Origin: Amoebophrya sp. A120
Lineage: Eukaryota; Protista; Dinoflagellata
Length of the DNA: 64,000 nt
Reading direction: 5' to 3'
Assembly: GCA_905178155.1 (NCBI GenBank)
Contig: CAJINV010000002.1
Span: forward strand, 2,167,216 to 2,231,215
Part shown: piece after piece, positions 14,501 through 24,674 of the stretch
How the letters are laid out: each line of letters starts with the position of its first letter
Position numbering within the stretch: position 1 is the first letter of the stretch
Notes under the pieces: model-generated
The model's database searches: none
What the model was told of the DNA's origin: nothing
The model's input: only the letters and a program-made list of their open reading frames with translations
Made by a program: the position numbers and the translations under genes

Positions 14501-15194
14501 AAGTAGTTTGTATTGCGACCAATATGGAGGATCTGTGTTGCAAGGTTCTGATTAATTTAGACGACCAACATCACGTTCACGACATGATGATTTTTTCCAT
14601 ACCTCCATCCTCCGGATTGTTCCGCAGCATCATCGTCCTCGGGTTTTGTTTGGACAATTTCATCGACGTCAATAACTGTTGGTTCTGCTCCTCCAACACT
14701 TTTTTCCGGGCCATCATTTTCTCTTTCGAATGGTAGTTCTCCTTATCCGGGTAAGAAATCCGAAAATCGTCCTTCGTAATCGATTTCACCAAATACGCCC
14801 GCCGCGCGGAGTGGTGCACCCGAAAGAAGTTGCTCCCGCGATGGGCCTTGGGCGTGGCCCGCGCGGGCGAGAGGAAACAAGCGGTAGTAGAAGTTGTGGT
14901 GGCGAGAGCTGCGGTGGAGTTTGCCGCTTTTGGTGTCGTGATCGTCGCGGTGGTCGTCGTCGTCATCCCTTCGACTGGTGCAAGCTGTTGCTCGTTTCCA
15001 CCTTCTTCCTCTTGTGTGCTAGTCCCGGCGGAGGTAGCAGACGCGATCTTTTGATCTGCTCCGGTCGTGTCCGCATCGTCAGATTTGTTCTCGCTCGTGG
15101 CGCCAGTTCTGGCCAGCGTGCGACCGTGTGTAGCAGGCCTTTTGCAACCTCGCCCGGGCACATTCTGGTGCTGGAGTTCGTAGAACACCACCAT
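2558..15194 (-). CDS. Giant (~3500 aa) Mei2-like RNA-binding protein, multi-exon
   Basis: Mei2-type C-terminal RRM signature TWMIRDLPCRF..YNFFYLPMD..NRGYGFLNL..HGKRLPGSESKKCCHLQPAKIQG reconstructed across GT-AG introns 14450-14602 and 14106-14224 and element 13798. ORF fragments down to 2558 join in frame once 8 TIR elements plus one DR each are removed. Start codon uncertain. Confidence 0.75.
4768..4944 (-). other. Probable canonical GT-AG intron (177 nt, in frame, no stop)
   Basis: GTATAA donor, TACAG acceptor, AT-rich stretch whose translation is atypical of the surrounding ORF. Confidence 0.45.
6849..7116. mobile_element. TIR intron element family A (TATCAACTGCAAAAATGTCTGGGTCTGGAA)
   Basis: TIR; perfect DR GCCGC; removal gives HGKRPVSEK in frame. 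Confidence 0.92.
7414..7531. mobile_element. TIR intron element family E (TATTCCCTGAAAATTAACCAT)
   Basis: TIR; DR GAAGT/GAAAT; removal gives EEPRYFPGEV. Confidence 0.9.
7584..7759. mobile_element. TIR intron element family F (TATCACA.GAA.AAGTGTTAGCGTTAACGG)
   Basis: TIR; DR TCGTG; removal gives KTNTILVNEV. Confidence 0.9.
7929..8225. mobile_element. TIR intron element, singleton family (TATGGAAGTGTCAGAATCGAAATT)
   Basis: TIR; DR GACGT; removal gives YYTSSTTQF. Confidence 0.88.
9285..9450. mobile_element. TIR intron element family B (TATGCATTGCAAAAGT / TATCCTGTGCAAAAGT)
   Basis: TIR; DR GCGGA/GTGGA; removal gives GRGPPAVDNY. Confidence 0.88.
10107..10323. mobile_element. TIR intron element family D (TATGAAAGTGCACAACTCCCCCTCCCCCTCATTTG)
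   Basis: TIR; DR TCTTC; removal gives SAKSELNQP. Confidence 0.92.
10925..11189. mobile_element. TIR intron element family A
   Basis: TIR; DR CTGGT; removal gives ELTSFLRQ; interior resembles 51286-51543. Confidence 0.92.
13798..14064. mobile_element. TIR intron element family A, inside the Mei2 RRM
   Basis: TIR; DR GTGGC; removal gives SKKCCHLQPAKIQG. Confidence 0.92.
14106..14224 (-). other. Canonical GT-AG intron in the Mei2 RRM
   Basis: GTGAGT donor, CAAAG acceptor; splicing gives ALHGKRLPGS, matching the RRM. Confidence 0.8.
14450..14602 (-). other. Canonical GT-AG intron
   Basis: GTATGG donor, CTTAG acceptor; phase-1 join EDGDPDVHTW. Confidence 0.6.
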
Positions 15195-16231
15195 CTTCTT
15201 TGTGATGTACGGCTTCGCCTAGAAAGGCTCGGCGCAAATTGACACCAACGGCCTTCGGAAGAGAAAACAATCCGCCCGTTGCGAGCGAATTGAAAATCTC
15301 GTCCTAGCCGCGATTTTCTATACAAGTGAAGTAGACCACACCGTGCAGCAGCGTATTTGTGGGTTTATTGTGGATGTGATGAAAACTAGTCTCTCGCGGG
15401 CCTCAAGAGTTTATACCCCAGAGCACACGTCCTCTTGTTCTTCATCAACAGTCTCTCATGCGTGTTTTTTTACGTCCGAAAAAAAACGCATCACTCAAGG
15501 AGGCAGAAGTTCTTGCCGCGCGCCGGTTGTGCAGCCAGCACGTCCCTCAACTCGCTTGACCCATACTCAGAAGGAGAAAGTAGATTCGTGACACCAGTAG
15601 AGCGAGAGGACTGATGAATGGGTCGTTGTCATTGTCTTCTAGTCCATTATCAACTGAGAAACACGGCGTGCCGATTGTGCTTCCCATCTACCTCAAGGGA
15701 TGAAGCGCTCGCCTTCAATCCTACTTGCTGAGCGTGGGTGTTTCTTCTTCTATAATTTCATGATCTGGCGTGCTGATTAAAGTATTCATTCTTTTCAGAA
15801 AGTCAAACAAGGGCCAAGCTGCGAAGCCTGGCGCCGATTTCATTTTCATAATTCATTTAAGTAAACGACTACCACATGCTCAACGATCACAAACCAAAAG
15901 CGAACTTAATCTGGTGCCTCTCTGTGTTCCAGAAGCAGAAGCAAGGTGGAAGCATGTTTTACGTGTACGTCATTATTTTTACAGACATATGCATATCCTC
16001 CAAAACTTGTGAAAAACTATACATTAACATTGGAAAAGGTTGAGCTTGAGGCGAGGGCGCTGCTCTTGCATAGATGAAACATTAAAACGTAGGTCGAGAC
16101 TCTGCTGCCTCGTGGTGAGATAGTAAACGGTGTAAGTAGGTACTGGTACTGTGAAACAAAATTATCGTGGCAACTACACATCTTCAAAATGAAAATCCTA
16201 TCGGCGCATGAATCTACTTCGATTCTCATGC

Positions 16232-19200
16232 TCATCCTCTTTGGTCACGGTGCCCGGCAGAAGTATAGCGTCGATTCCACCGCGGTACAGCCGCATGGAC
16301 AGATGTGGAGGTCCGGTGAGGCATATTAGATGTAGAGTCCCCATGATCCGCTGCCCCAGCCGGCGGTGCTCCTCCTAGGTGGTCCCACCGCCGCGGTCCT
16401 CGTGGCGACGAGATCAGATGTTCACTCGTCCCACTGGTAGTATCACCACCCGCCGCTCTTCTAGCGATCGTCGCTGTCGTCGGCAAAAATGTTTCTGCGC
16501 GCCGGCCAGGAGATGTTGGCGATAGACTGGTTGCTGAAAAGCTTTCTCCGGAGGAGGACACGGAAATATCGTGTTCGTAAGTTGCTCTTGATCCCCCACC
16601 ATGATGGAAACCGAACGCTTGTGCGTCGTCCCCTTCCGTAAAAGAACCCGGTACAACTATGTCTTGCCACGAAGAGGAACTACTCGAAGCGCGTGGTGAT
16701 ACTACTGCAGAAGTTCTACTCGTCCCCAGTGGCAGCTGCTGCACCGACGGTCGTGCAGAAGAGGCCTTCTGGCGTTGATGAAAAAGTTGTTCGATTATCT
16801 CTCGTTGGTTTTCGTCAAGATGAAAGGAGGTGGTCCCCAAGTCATCTCTTTGTTCGGCTGCTTCCCGCCGTCCTGGCGATAAAGGCATACTACTTTCCGG
16901 CTCCTTTAGAAACTCGGAATCCAGCTCTGATGCGGAAACTAAGCGGAAATCATCTTCCTCATCATCCGTGTCAACATCGTTGGAACAAGCAGCACAACCC
17001 TCCTCGGAAGACGAGGAGCAAAGACCCGAGAAAAGTACCTGCGGGTTCGTGACGCGGGTGGTAGGGTGGTGGATTTTCAAATTTTGTCCTCGCACCAGAT
17101 GCTCAACATCTTCTCGTCTGGTCGTTTTACTCGCTGTTCTAGTGGGCTGTAGTACAACTTTTTGTCCTTCATCTTCATCCGTGGCACTGAGAAACACTTC
17201 CTCTTCTGACGGCGGCTCGACGAGGTGAAGGTCAATAGTATGCTTGTCCTGGTCTTCATCATCTACAACACCGATCTCCTGGTCGTGCTGCCTTCTTCTA
17301 GAAGAAGGCTGTTGACCTATGATCTGGCCTGCCGCACTACACGAAGAGGAAGTAATACCTCTATCCTGTCGTGGTTCTACTTCCGGCGGCAAGAAAAACC
17401 CGTGGTCGTCATTCATCATCTTCTTCCACCCTCGTTTCTGCAAAAACGGATTGTTCAACCGGCTCGAAGGTTCCCCTCGTCCTCGGTACAAACGGACCGG
17501 CGATCGAGCGCGCTCGTTCTCGGTTTCCTGCGCGTCTGATTCCGCATCGAAATCGAGGTGGAGAAAGTCTGTTTGTTGAAATAAGGGTGTTGAATCCAGA
17601 TCCTTCTTGCAGGCTGTGGAAGAGGGCCTTCTACTATTCGGCTTCAACTCGAATAACTGTGTGACCGTCCTGATTCTCTTCCTCGAATCAATGTTGGAAG
17701 ATGTGTTGAAGAACCGCAAATCATCCGGCGACGTCCAGATGTTGTGAAAATTCACAACCCGGGAGGATTTGTGCGTGCGGACCGGCTGAACTGGGAAGTT
17801 TCGATTTCCTTCACGACCGTGGTCCTCCTCGACCACGACCTCATCACGCGACAACTCGGCGTCTCCTCGTGTAGCAGCAGTCAATTCCAACTTCAGCGCT
17901 TTCAAAAGGGGCCCGAACAGTTTCTTCCGGCTCTGGACCTTCTCGGGCTTGCGCGTTTGAAAGCTGTACTCCCCGATTTCGCGCAGGCGTCCGGAAAGTT
18001 TGTCCAGGAAAATCACACGGGCGCGGGCGAAGTATTCTACTTTGTCGTCCGGGTTAATATGATCTTCATCATCCGCCGGGATGAGGAGATGATCCGCGAG
18101 GCGGGAGCGGGACTCCAGTACAGGATTTCTAATTTTTCGACCTGATTGTTGTACATGTACTAGCTCCTCCTCGTCCTCTCCGATAGTACTAACGCCCTTG
18201 ATGTTATGTAAAGAACGGGCCGTGCTTGTGCTTCCCTTCCCCGGCACCGGCGTGCTTTCCATCACGTTTAGGAGAAGCGTGAATTCGTACCGATCCTCGT
18301 CTGTTGAGCAGGAGTCGTGTGTCTCCTCACAAGTTGTTCGTGTTCCTGCTCTGTGCGTTTCATCGTGCAAGTGACCATCGTCATCAGAAAATAAATTCTT
18401 TCCAAAGGTTGAAGTCACAGTTTTTGTCGTCGATAACACGGCATGACTTTGTTCCTCCGCGGGGGTAGGTGCCGCCGCAGTGGTAGAACCGGCTGCAAGA
18501 ACATCAGAAGCCCTAAAAGTGTCATCTCCTCGCCAGCGACCCCCCTCGTCGTGGTCGTCGCCAGCATCATCGTCCCCACAGTCTCCCTTTCGCTCGTATT
18601 TCTGCTTCCAGAGCTGCAACAAAAACTCCCTGTCGACCGATAAGCTACTTGGGTACCGCCCGAAAGTCATCGTACTGTCGAAGGATTCGGGAGAAATGGT
18701 CATAGAACGATTCAAAGCAGCGGCGGAAGAATCTGCAGTAGCTTCTTCACCTTGCGAGTTTATTTTCGAAGCAGGAAGGCCCGTTCTTTGCGCATCTACT
18801 TCACGATCATGCCCCTCCTCCTCCTTCTCTGCAGTGGTGCCTCCGCCAGCACATGGGCTCTGTTCTAAGGTCAGTGCCGCGACCGCCTGTGCGAGGTCGA
18901 AGCCAAAATGGTCGGCCCAAGAAGATGAAACAGAAGAGCCATAATTGCAGGTTTTATTTCCTTTTTCATCCACGACTTCTTTCTGCTCACAACTCGGCAA
19001 ACATCTGGTCGGGCAGGCAATCGCAGCTGCGGACACCACAATCTCTTCGTCGCTATCTTCCTGGTGGATCAGCTCACATCGAGCCGTATGTAGGACGGAG
19101 GTGGCGTTGAGGAAACCGAAAGGGGTTTCATCGCGGCCTGTAGGTGGGCTGTAGAGAGCTGCAGAAGGCCACGATCCAGCAACAACTTGCGGAACAGGTG

Positions 19201-21916
19201 CAGCAGGACCACAAGCTGTATGCACATCATGTGCATCCTGTGCTTTCGCTTCGACAGCACATAATTCGACGTTACCAGGCACCGTTTTTCCCAGAAACGA
19301 CTGCAGCGTTTGAAACCGGTCTTCCGTCTCTTTCATTTCCTCTTCCGACAAGACCGAAGTTCTCGCCTGCCGCTTTAATTCCCGCTGCTCCCGGTAACTG
19401 GTGCGCGGGCTGCTGGAGGGGCTACGAGGCTCGTGTTGTGCTGGTACAACTGCTTCGGTCGCAATTACACGTGCAACTGCGTCGCTGGCGGCAGGTAATA
19501 TTCCATCGCCAGTGGCGTCTGGTTCCTGACAACTCATACTAGACCTGCTGGGCTGTCTTTCCGCACCAGGATTCGCAATCGCAGCTTCAACATCCAATGT
19601 AGTTGCAGGTCGTGGAGGCGACATTTGGTAATTTTCCCCGATGGCAGCATCATCTTGTTCTGCAGCTTTGCTACTGCTCGGCAGCGTTTGATGTCCTCCT
19701 CGCACCACACAGTTCCTTTCTGGCCAGTGGACAAAGGTTCCGCGCCGGGAAGACGAAGAGGAGGACGAGGTGGGTCCTGAAGCAGCACAGTCACTGCGCT
19801 TCGCCTTTGGTGTCCCAGCGCATCCACCTACAAAACCGGATAATTTCGGCCGTGCTTTCGCGGTGCACTTGGCTTTAGACTTCGTAGACCTGGCTGCACA
19901 GATTGCGGAGCTCGTAGTTGCGCCACCCGAACTACAACCCGCTGCACCTGTTCTTTTGCTGGCGATCGGGAGGACAGGCGCTGGTGACGCTCCTTCATCC
20001 AATGAAACACCAGGAGCTAAACCAGTGGCTTGTTGCTCATGATCCCGCTCCGACAAACATTCATTCCCCGGGCGCTCCACCGCGGCCACATCCTCGACGT
20101 GGGCTGAAGATGGGTAACAGGAGAAACGATTCGCGCCGGAAGTAGGATCGGCACATAATCCTTTGGCAGAGTGCGGCTTTGTTTCTCGCTTCACAGTTCT
20201 CCCAGTTGTTGCACGAGGACCCTTTGCGGCTCTATTCGTGCTTGCGCCCTGCGTCCTCTTATGCGGGGAACTGTCCTTGTCGGTGTCTTCTAACGAGACA
20301 AAAGACGGCATCTCCGAAGAGGAGCAAGTGGGTGGTTGGCAACAACTTCTACCTGCTCTGGTTCGACGCACGGGACTGCTGCTGATGTCTTCCACGCCCA
20401 GATCGAGAATTTCCGATAAGAAACCGAGGGACGGTGATCCCCCTCCCGCCGGCGAGGAAAAAGGACCGCTGTTCCGATTAGATGACTCTGGGCTCCTCTC
20501 AGCACCACTAGCATGAAAATAGTTCGACGGCAGGCCCGCCGGTGGGCGCAAGTAGTTTGGCAGATCAGCGTTGTTTTTCTTATTTTTCGACAAGACCAGA
20601 TTCTTGTGCCGTCCCGCGGCGATGCGGCCCGGAGACTTCAGCCGCCTGCTTGCTGCGCCTCCTGGACCACCTCGAACTACCTTTGACGAAGTTGCCTTGT
20701 TCGACGTGGCAGTGGTTCTAGTACCCCTAGATGACCGGCAGGCCGCAGTCAGTTGTTGCCGGTGGTCAACTCCACGATCCGTGGCCATCACATTATCATC
20801 AACCTCCGGAGATCCGCCCGTGCTGCAGCTGACCACTGTGCCCTTCGAGGACGAGGAGATGGAGCCTGGCGGAGAACTGGTCGTTCCACCCGGCGCCGCC
20901 GGAGCTTGACTCAACGTCAAAACTTCCGCCGCTCCTGTGGAGCTCCTGGAGGTTGTCGTACGGTGCTTACTTGGATGGAGTACGTCGTGATTGAATTGCG
21001 TAGTAGAACAAGTGTTGTGTCCTCCTGCGCCAAGGCTTATTTTCTTGTGACTTGTCACCTTGATGTTCCGCGACACCCTCGTCGTCCCACTGGTAGAGCC
21101 CGGCGCCCCAACAGATCTGCGTCGCGCAAAGGAGCCGGCTTTTGTACTCTTTCTAGTTCTCAGAGTTGTCCCTTTAGACGCGGTTGACGAGGAAATCGTT
21201 GAGGGCAGTGACGCGAGAGAACCGATTTCATCATTTGCAGCTGGAAAATCATCCAGCAGAACAGAAGCGTTCGCTGCTGGGAGGTGAGGAGATGCTGCTG
21301 CGGCGCCCGCAGGGCTTGATGCAGCCAGCAGGTTAGATGAACCGCTCTTCCTTTTCGGCTTCGACGAACGCTTGTCTTGCAATGAAGCTGCTGAAGCAGC
21401 TGCACCAGCAGCGCGATTGTGCGGTGAAAGTGCTAGAGCTACAGTATCGTCAACAGGTGGCGAAGGCGGTGTCGCAGGAGCTGCAGCTGCACTACCTCCC
21501 GCCGCTCTGGATTTTGCTCCATAACTAACACTGGCTGCAGGAGCTGTGAAAGCCGAAGCGGAAGCTGCTGCTGATGAAGACGTGTCTGCTTGTTTACTAG
21601 TAGTGTCGTGTTTACCACCTGTAGCTCTCCTGACATTGATCCGCGATGAGGGTAAGCCTGCCGCAAACCGCATCTGGTCGACAATTCTCTTGGCCACCTT
21701 GTTGGCTTTTGCGGTAACCGCGCGTTTTCTTCTCGATATTTTTCCGTCTGTGAGAGTGGTAAGGAAGAACAAAAAGCTGGTGACTCCAACCGTCAGTAAG
21801 ATGAACGGGTGGAGCAATGTGGGACGCTTTTTCTTCATCCTCGGGCAATTCCGCACCTCCATCTTAATATGGCCGTAGGGACACTGCGGCACTGGTCTAT
21901 TCCTGTTGCTAGTCAA
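16232..21916 (-). CDS. Hypothetical 1894-aa S/A/T-rich low-complexity protein
   Basis: 5.7-kb uninterrupted ORF; no domain recognised; 5' end uncertain. Confidence 0.7.
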   Translation of the reverse strand: MTSNRNRPVPQCPYGHIKMEVRNCPRMKKKRPTLLHPFILLTVGVTSFLFFLTTLTDGKISRRKRAVTAKANKVAKRIVDQMRFAAGLPSSRINVRRATGGKHDTTSKQADTSSSAAASASAFTAPAASVSYGAKSRAAGGSAAAAPATPPSPPVDDTVALALSPHNRAAGAAASAASLQDKRSSKPKRKSGSSNLLAASSPAGAAAASPHLPAANASVLLDDFPAANDEIGSLASLPSTISSSTASKGTTLRTRKSTKAGSFARRRSVGAPGSTSGTTRVSRNIKVTSHKKISLGAGGHNTCSTTQFNHDVLHPSKHRTTTSRSSTGAAEVLTLSQAPAAPGGTTSSPPGSISSSSKGTVVSCSTGGSPEVDDNVMATDRGVDHRQQLTAACRSSRGTRTTATSNKATSSKVVRGGPGGAASRRLKSPGRIAAGRHKNLVLSKNKKNNADLPNYLRPPAGLPSNYFHASGAERSPESSNRNSGPFSSPAGGGSPSLGFLSEILDLGVEDISSSPVRRTRAGRSCCQPPTCSSSEMPSFVSLEDTDKDSSPHKRTQGASTNRAAKGPRATTGRTVKRETKPHSAKGLCADPTSGANRFSCYPSSAHVEDVAAVERPGNECLSERDHEQQATGLAPGVSLDEGASPAPVLPIASKRTGAAGCSSGGATTSSAICAARSTKSKAKCTAKARPKLSGFVGGCAGTPKAKRSDCAASGPTSSSSSSSRRGTFVHWPERNCVVRGGHQTLPSSSKAAEQDDAAIGENYQMSPPRPATTLDVEAAIANPGAERQPSRSSMSCQEPDATGDGILPAASDAVARVIATEAVVPAQHEPRSPSSSPRTSYREQRELKRQARTSVLSEEEMKETEDRFQTLQSFLGKTVPGNVELCAVEAKAQDAHDVHTACGPAAPVPQVVAGSWPSAALYSPPTGRDETPFGFLNATSVLHTARCELIHQEDSDEEIVVSAAAIACPTRCLPSCEQKEVVDEKGNKTCNYGSSVSSSWADHFGFDLAQAVAALTLEQSPCAGGGTTAEKEEEGHDREVDAQRTGLPASKINSQGEEATADSSAAALNRSMTISPESFDSTMTFGRYPSSLSVDREFLLQLWKQKYERKGDCGDDDAGDDHDEGGRWRGDDTFRASDVLAAGSTTAAAPTPAEEQSHAVLSTTKTVTSTFGKNLFSDDDGHLHDETHRAGTRTTCEETHDSCSTDEDRYEFTLLLNVMESTPVPGKGSTSTARSLHNIKGVSTIGEDEEELVHVQQSGRKIRNPVLESRSRLADHLLIPADDEDHINPDDKVEYFARARVIFLDKLSGRLREIGEYSFQTRKPEKVQSRKKLFGPLLKALKLELTAATRGDAELSRDEVVVEEDHGREGNRNFPVQPVRTHKSSRVVNFHNIWTSPDDLRFFNTSSNIDSRKRIRTVTQLFELKPNSRRPSSTACKKDLDSTPLFQQTDFLHLDFDAESDAQETENERARSPVRLYRGRGEPSSRLNNPFLQKRGWKKMMNDDHGFFLPPEVEPRQDRGITSSSCSAAGQIIGQQPSSRRRQHDQEIGVVDDEDQDKHTIDLHLVEPPSEEEVFLSATDEDEGQKVVLQPTRTASKTTRREDVEHLVRGQNLKIHHPTTRVTNPQVLFSGLCSSSSEEGCAACSNDVDTDDEEDDFRLVSASELDSEFLKEPESSMPLSPGRREAAEQRDDLGTTSFHLDENQREIIEQLFHQRQKASSARPSVQQLPLGTSRTSAVVSPRASSSSSSWQDIVVPGSFTEGDDAQAFGFHHGGGSRATYEHDISVSSSGESFSATSLSPTSPGRRAETFLPTTATIARRAAGGDTTSGTSEHLISSPRGPRRWDHLGGAPPAGAADHGDSTSNMPHRTSTSVHAAVPRWNRRYTSAGHRDQRG

Positions 21917-22555
21917 AATGACAGAACCTACGCCTGTCGCACATCCTCAAACGAAACCTGTTTGGAAAAGAAAAACGCCGGAAATAAACGCACTTCAACT
22001 TGGCGTGCTGTTGCGCCAAAAGCATTTACATACAGATACAGTTTTATTTTCTCTTTGGCCTAGTTCTAGTAAATGAAGGTACTGCCGCAAGAACGGTGCG
22101 AAGAAAGAGCTTTCTCTCGCCAAAAACGGAAACGCAGGAGACGCTGCAGCAGCTGCTTCAAGATCTAAAAAGATTCGTGCTGGTTCTGAAAATGGATCAA
22201 CCAACTTCTGTCTGTTCATCCGAAGGTCCTGAATTGTGTCTGAAGATGGAAAAAGATCTTAAATCAGGTACGTGAGGCCGAACAAGCACGAAAAAACTGC
22301 GATTTTTTCCGACCCCTGCAACGAAACAAGCGGACATTACTGTGGTGCGCAGCGGGCCATATTCACTTGTGCGTTGCTTTTATTTGTCGTGGTTGTGGTT
22401 TGAACAAAGTTCAAAAAAATCTATCATAAAAAGTCTGTTGCCGCCGGTTCCTCCTCATTACACGTTTGTTGATGCCATGGGTGATGGGTCGTTCACGTTC
22501 TCGTGTGGTGGCGTTATTGCCATTGCGATACAGAAAAATACCGCAATGTTGAAAC

Positions 22556-22920
22556 TCACTTTTTCCCCGCGGCGAAGTTCAAAATCTCCTTTTTCAGATT
22601 CTCCTGAAACGCGTCATACGCGTCCTCGTCGTCCCATTGCGCCTTGTCCAAATGGTCCTTGCTGACGCTCCTCTGCAACCGGGTCGTCGTCGCGGTCAGG
22701 CTTGCGGAGCTGGGCAGCTTAAACTCCTCAAAATCATCCTCCTCGTCAAGGAGCTGTTGTGCCGTGGCGCTGGACGTTTTTTCGTCCTTGTCTTTCGCGG
22801 TTGTTTCGCCGGCGGGCTGTGGTTGAGAGATTTTGATTTATAAAGAGGTGTTTCTTAATTCAACGCCCAGCAGTTCATGAATCCGAGCACATGTTGGACA
22901 ACCTCGACCTGCTCGATCAT
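22556..22920 (-). CDS. SEM1: SEM1/DSS1 26S proteasome lid subunit (absent from the ORF track)
   Basis: Manual translation LLDEEDDFEEF...QWDDEDAYDAFQENLKKEILN matches DSS1/Sem1 motifs; probable first exon MIEQ plus a GT-AG intron (~22818-22908). Confidence 0.75.
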
Positions 22921-23970
22921 CGATCGAATAAATGGAGCATTAGGAGTCTCGGCTCTATTTATTTTTGCAAATCGCAGGTTATGCTTTCAGAAAGGATCAT
23001 GCGCCAAGAATCTTCTATACCTTTTTTTTGTCGTCCTCTTTTTTTGCTGGAATGACCATTTTGCAGCTTGATGTTGGGGGTCGCTTAGGTATACACTTAA
23101 TTTTTCACTACCTTATTTTTCCACAGTCAAAATGAGGTGGTCGCCGACATGAGTTGTAGAACTAGTGAAATCAAATTAGCTAAGCTAGAAAAGGCTCAAC
23201 GCGTGGTAAAATAAAGCTCTTCTTCATATTGTTTTTGCCATTTGTGATGCTTAGCCGTAGTGGTCGCTGCATTTCAATGATGACTGTGCTTTTAGTATAC
23301 ATCCTCTCCAACATCTTCTTCAGTAAAAGACGCCTTCTTCGTGTACTGATTCTGTTCGTTCGTAAGCCACGGGAGTTACTATTTCAGACTTGAAGTTGTC
23401 CCGATCTTCATGTGCATAGCATGGTATTTCAGCTGATCTTTCGTTTCTTGTAAGAATCCGGCTAGAACTATCGGAATAGGAGGGAAAGAAAACCATTTAT
23501 ATCACAGCGCGTTTTCAATTATAGTGTCACTGTATCATGGCTAGTACAACTATGCAGGCCGGCCAAGCAGCAGCAGCTACAAGTGATGATCTTTCTTACA
23601 ACGACACAGGCCACTTCTAACGGACGTCGAGGAACACGATTGATAGGAATTTGGATTGAAAACCCAACCAACAAGCCTGCTCAACGCCGACGCGTCAGGA
23701 CCGCCGCCTCGTCTTATTTTCGAAAGTTTTAATGATGCAGAAACCTGAAGAGACGACATTGTTCTGAAGCGCGTTTTCTTGGTGCTGGCTCTTGTGCTGC
23801 GTACTGGTGGTAGTAATCCACCTCATGCGAGGATTCAGTTTCGTTGCAACCAAAGTAGAACTATCTATCGTCAATCGTTTCCGCCAGTATCCTTTCTACT
23901 AACATCATGTGAAGGATTCATCCGAGCAGGTGGCGGGAGCAGGTCCTCAAAGAAACCTCAGATACGAAAT

Positions 23971-24674
23971 TCATGCCCCACCACACGTTCTTGTGGCCGC
24001 CGCGCCGGCCACTTCGCCACTTGCTGGTGCAGCACAAGTAGAAACAAGCCCGAGTTTCTCGAACACCATAGCCATGTTCCGGTCCATGTCTTCCAGGCTG
24101 TTGTTCTCCAGTTGCACCACCTCCTTCCGCTCTTCATCGCCGTTAAACATCTCGTCGACCTCTTCCCCAACCACCTGAAAAATCTCCGCCTCGATGTTCT
24201 CCCGGATCTTCTGCTCCGAGTAATTTCGCTTCTCCAACCTCTTTCCCAGTTCCTCCGTGCTCGCGGACAAGTGCACGACGAGCTTCACGCTGTCGAACAG
24301 TTCGTCCGCATAGTCAAAGAAGGACACGCAATGGAAATCCAGCACGTGGTAAAAGGTGTTCGGGTTTTGCCTTGATACCACCGTCGTTGTCGTCCCTGTG
24401 CTATTGCTGTTGACCACTTGCACTGTTTCGTTGTTGATGAGCAGGTCTTCGAGGTAATCGGCGAGTTTTTCCTCGTCAAAGACCGAGCAATTTCGCTCTT
24501 CGTCAAACTGGTCCTCGTCGGTCGCGAGTAAAGCCTTGTTCTGCTCCACCAACCGGGACAGTTCGTAGTGCTTGCTGTTGGGCTCGAGCCGATTGGCCAA
24601 GTCCCGGGCGAAGGTGGTTTTGCCGACGCCGGGCGTGCCGCAGACTACGATAATTTCGTGGTTCACGTCCGACA
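23971..24674 (-). CDS. AK6: Adenylate kinase isoenzyme 6 (Fap7/hCINAP family)
   Basis: P-loop VCGTPGVGKTT, DFH motif, RLEKRNYSEQKIRENIEAEIF; likely start MSDVNHE. Confidence 0.9.
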
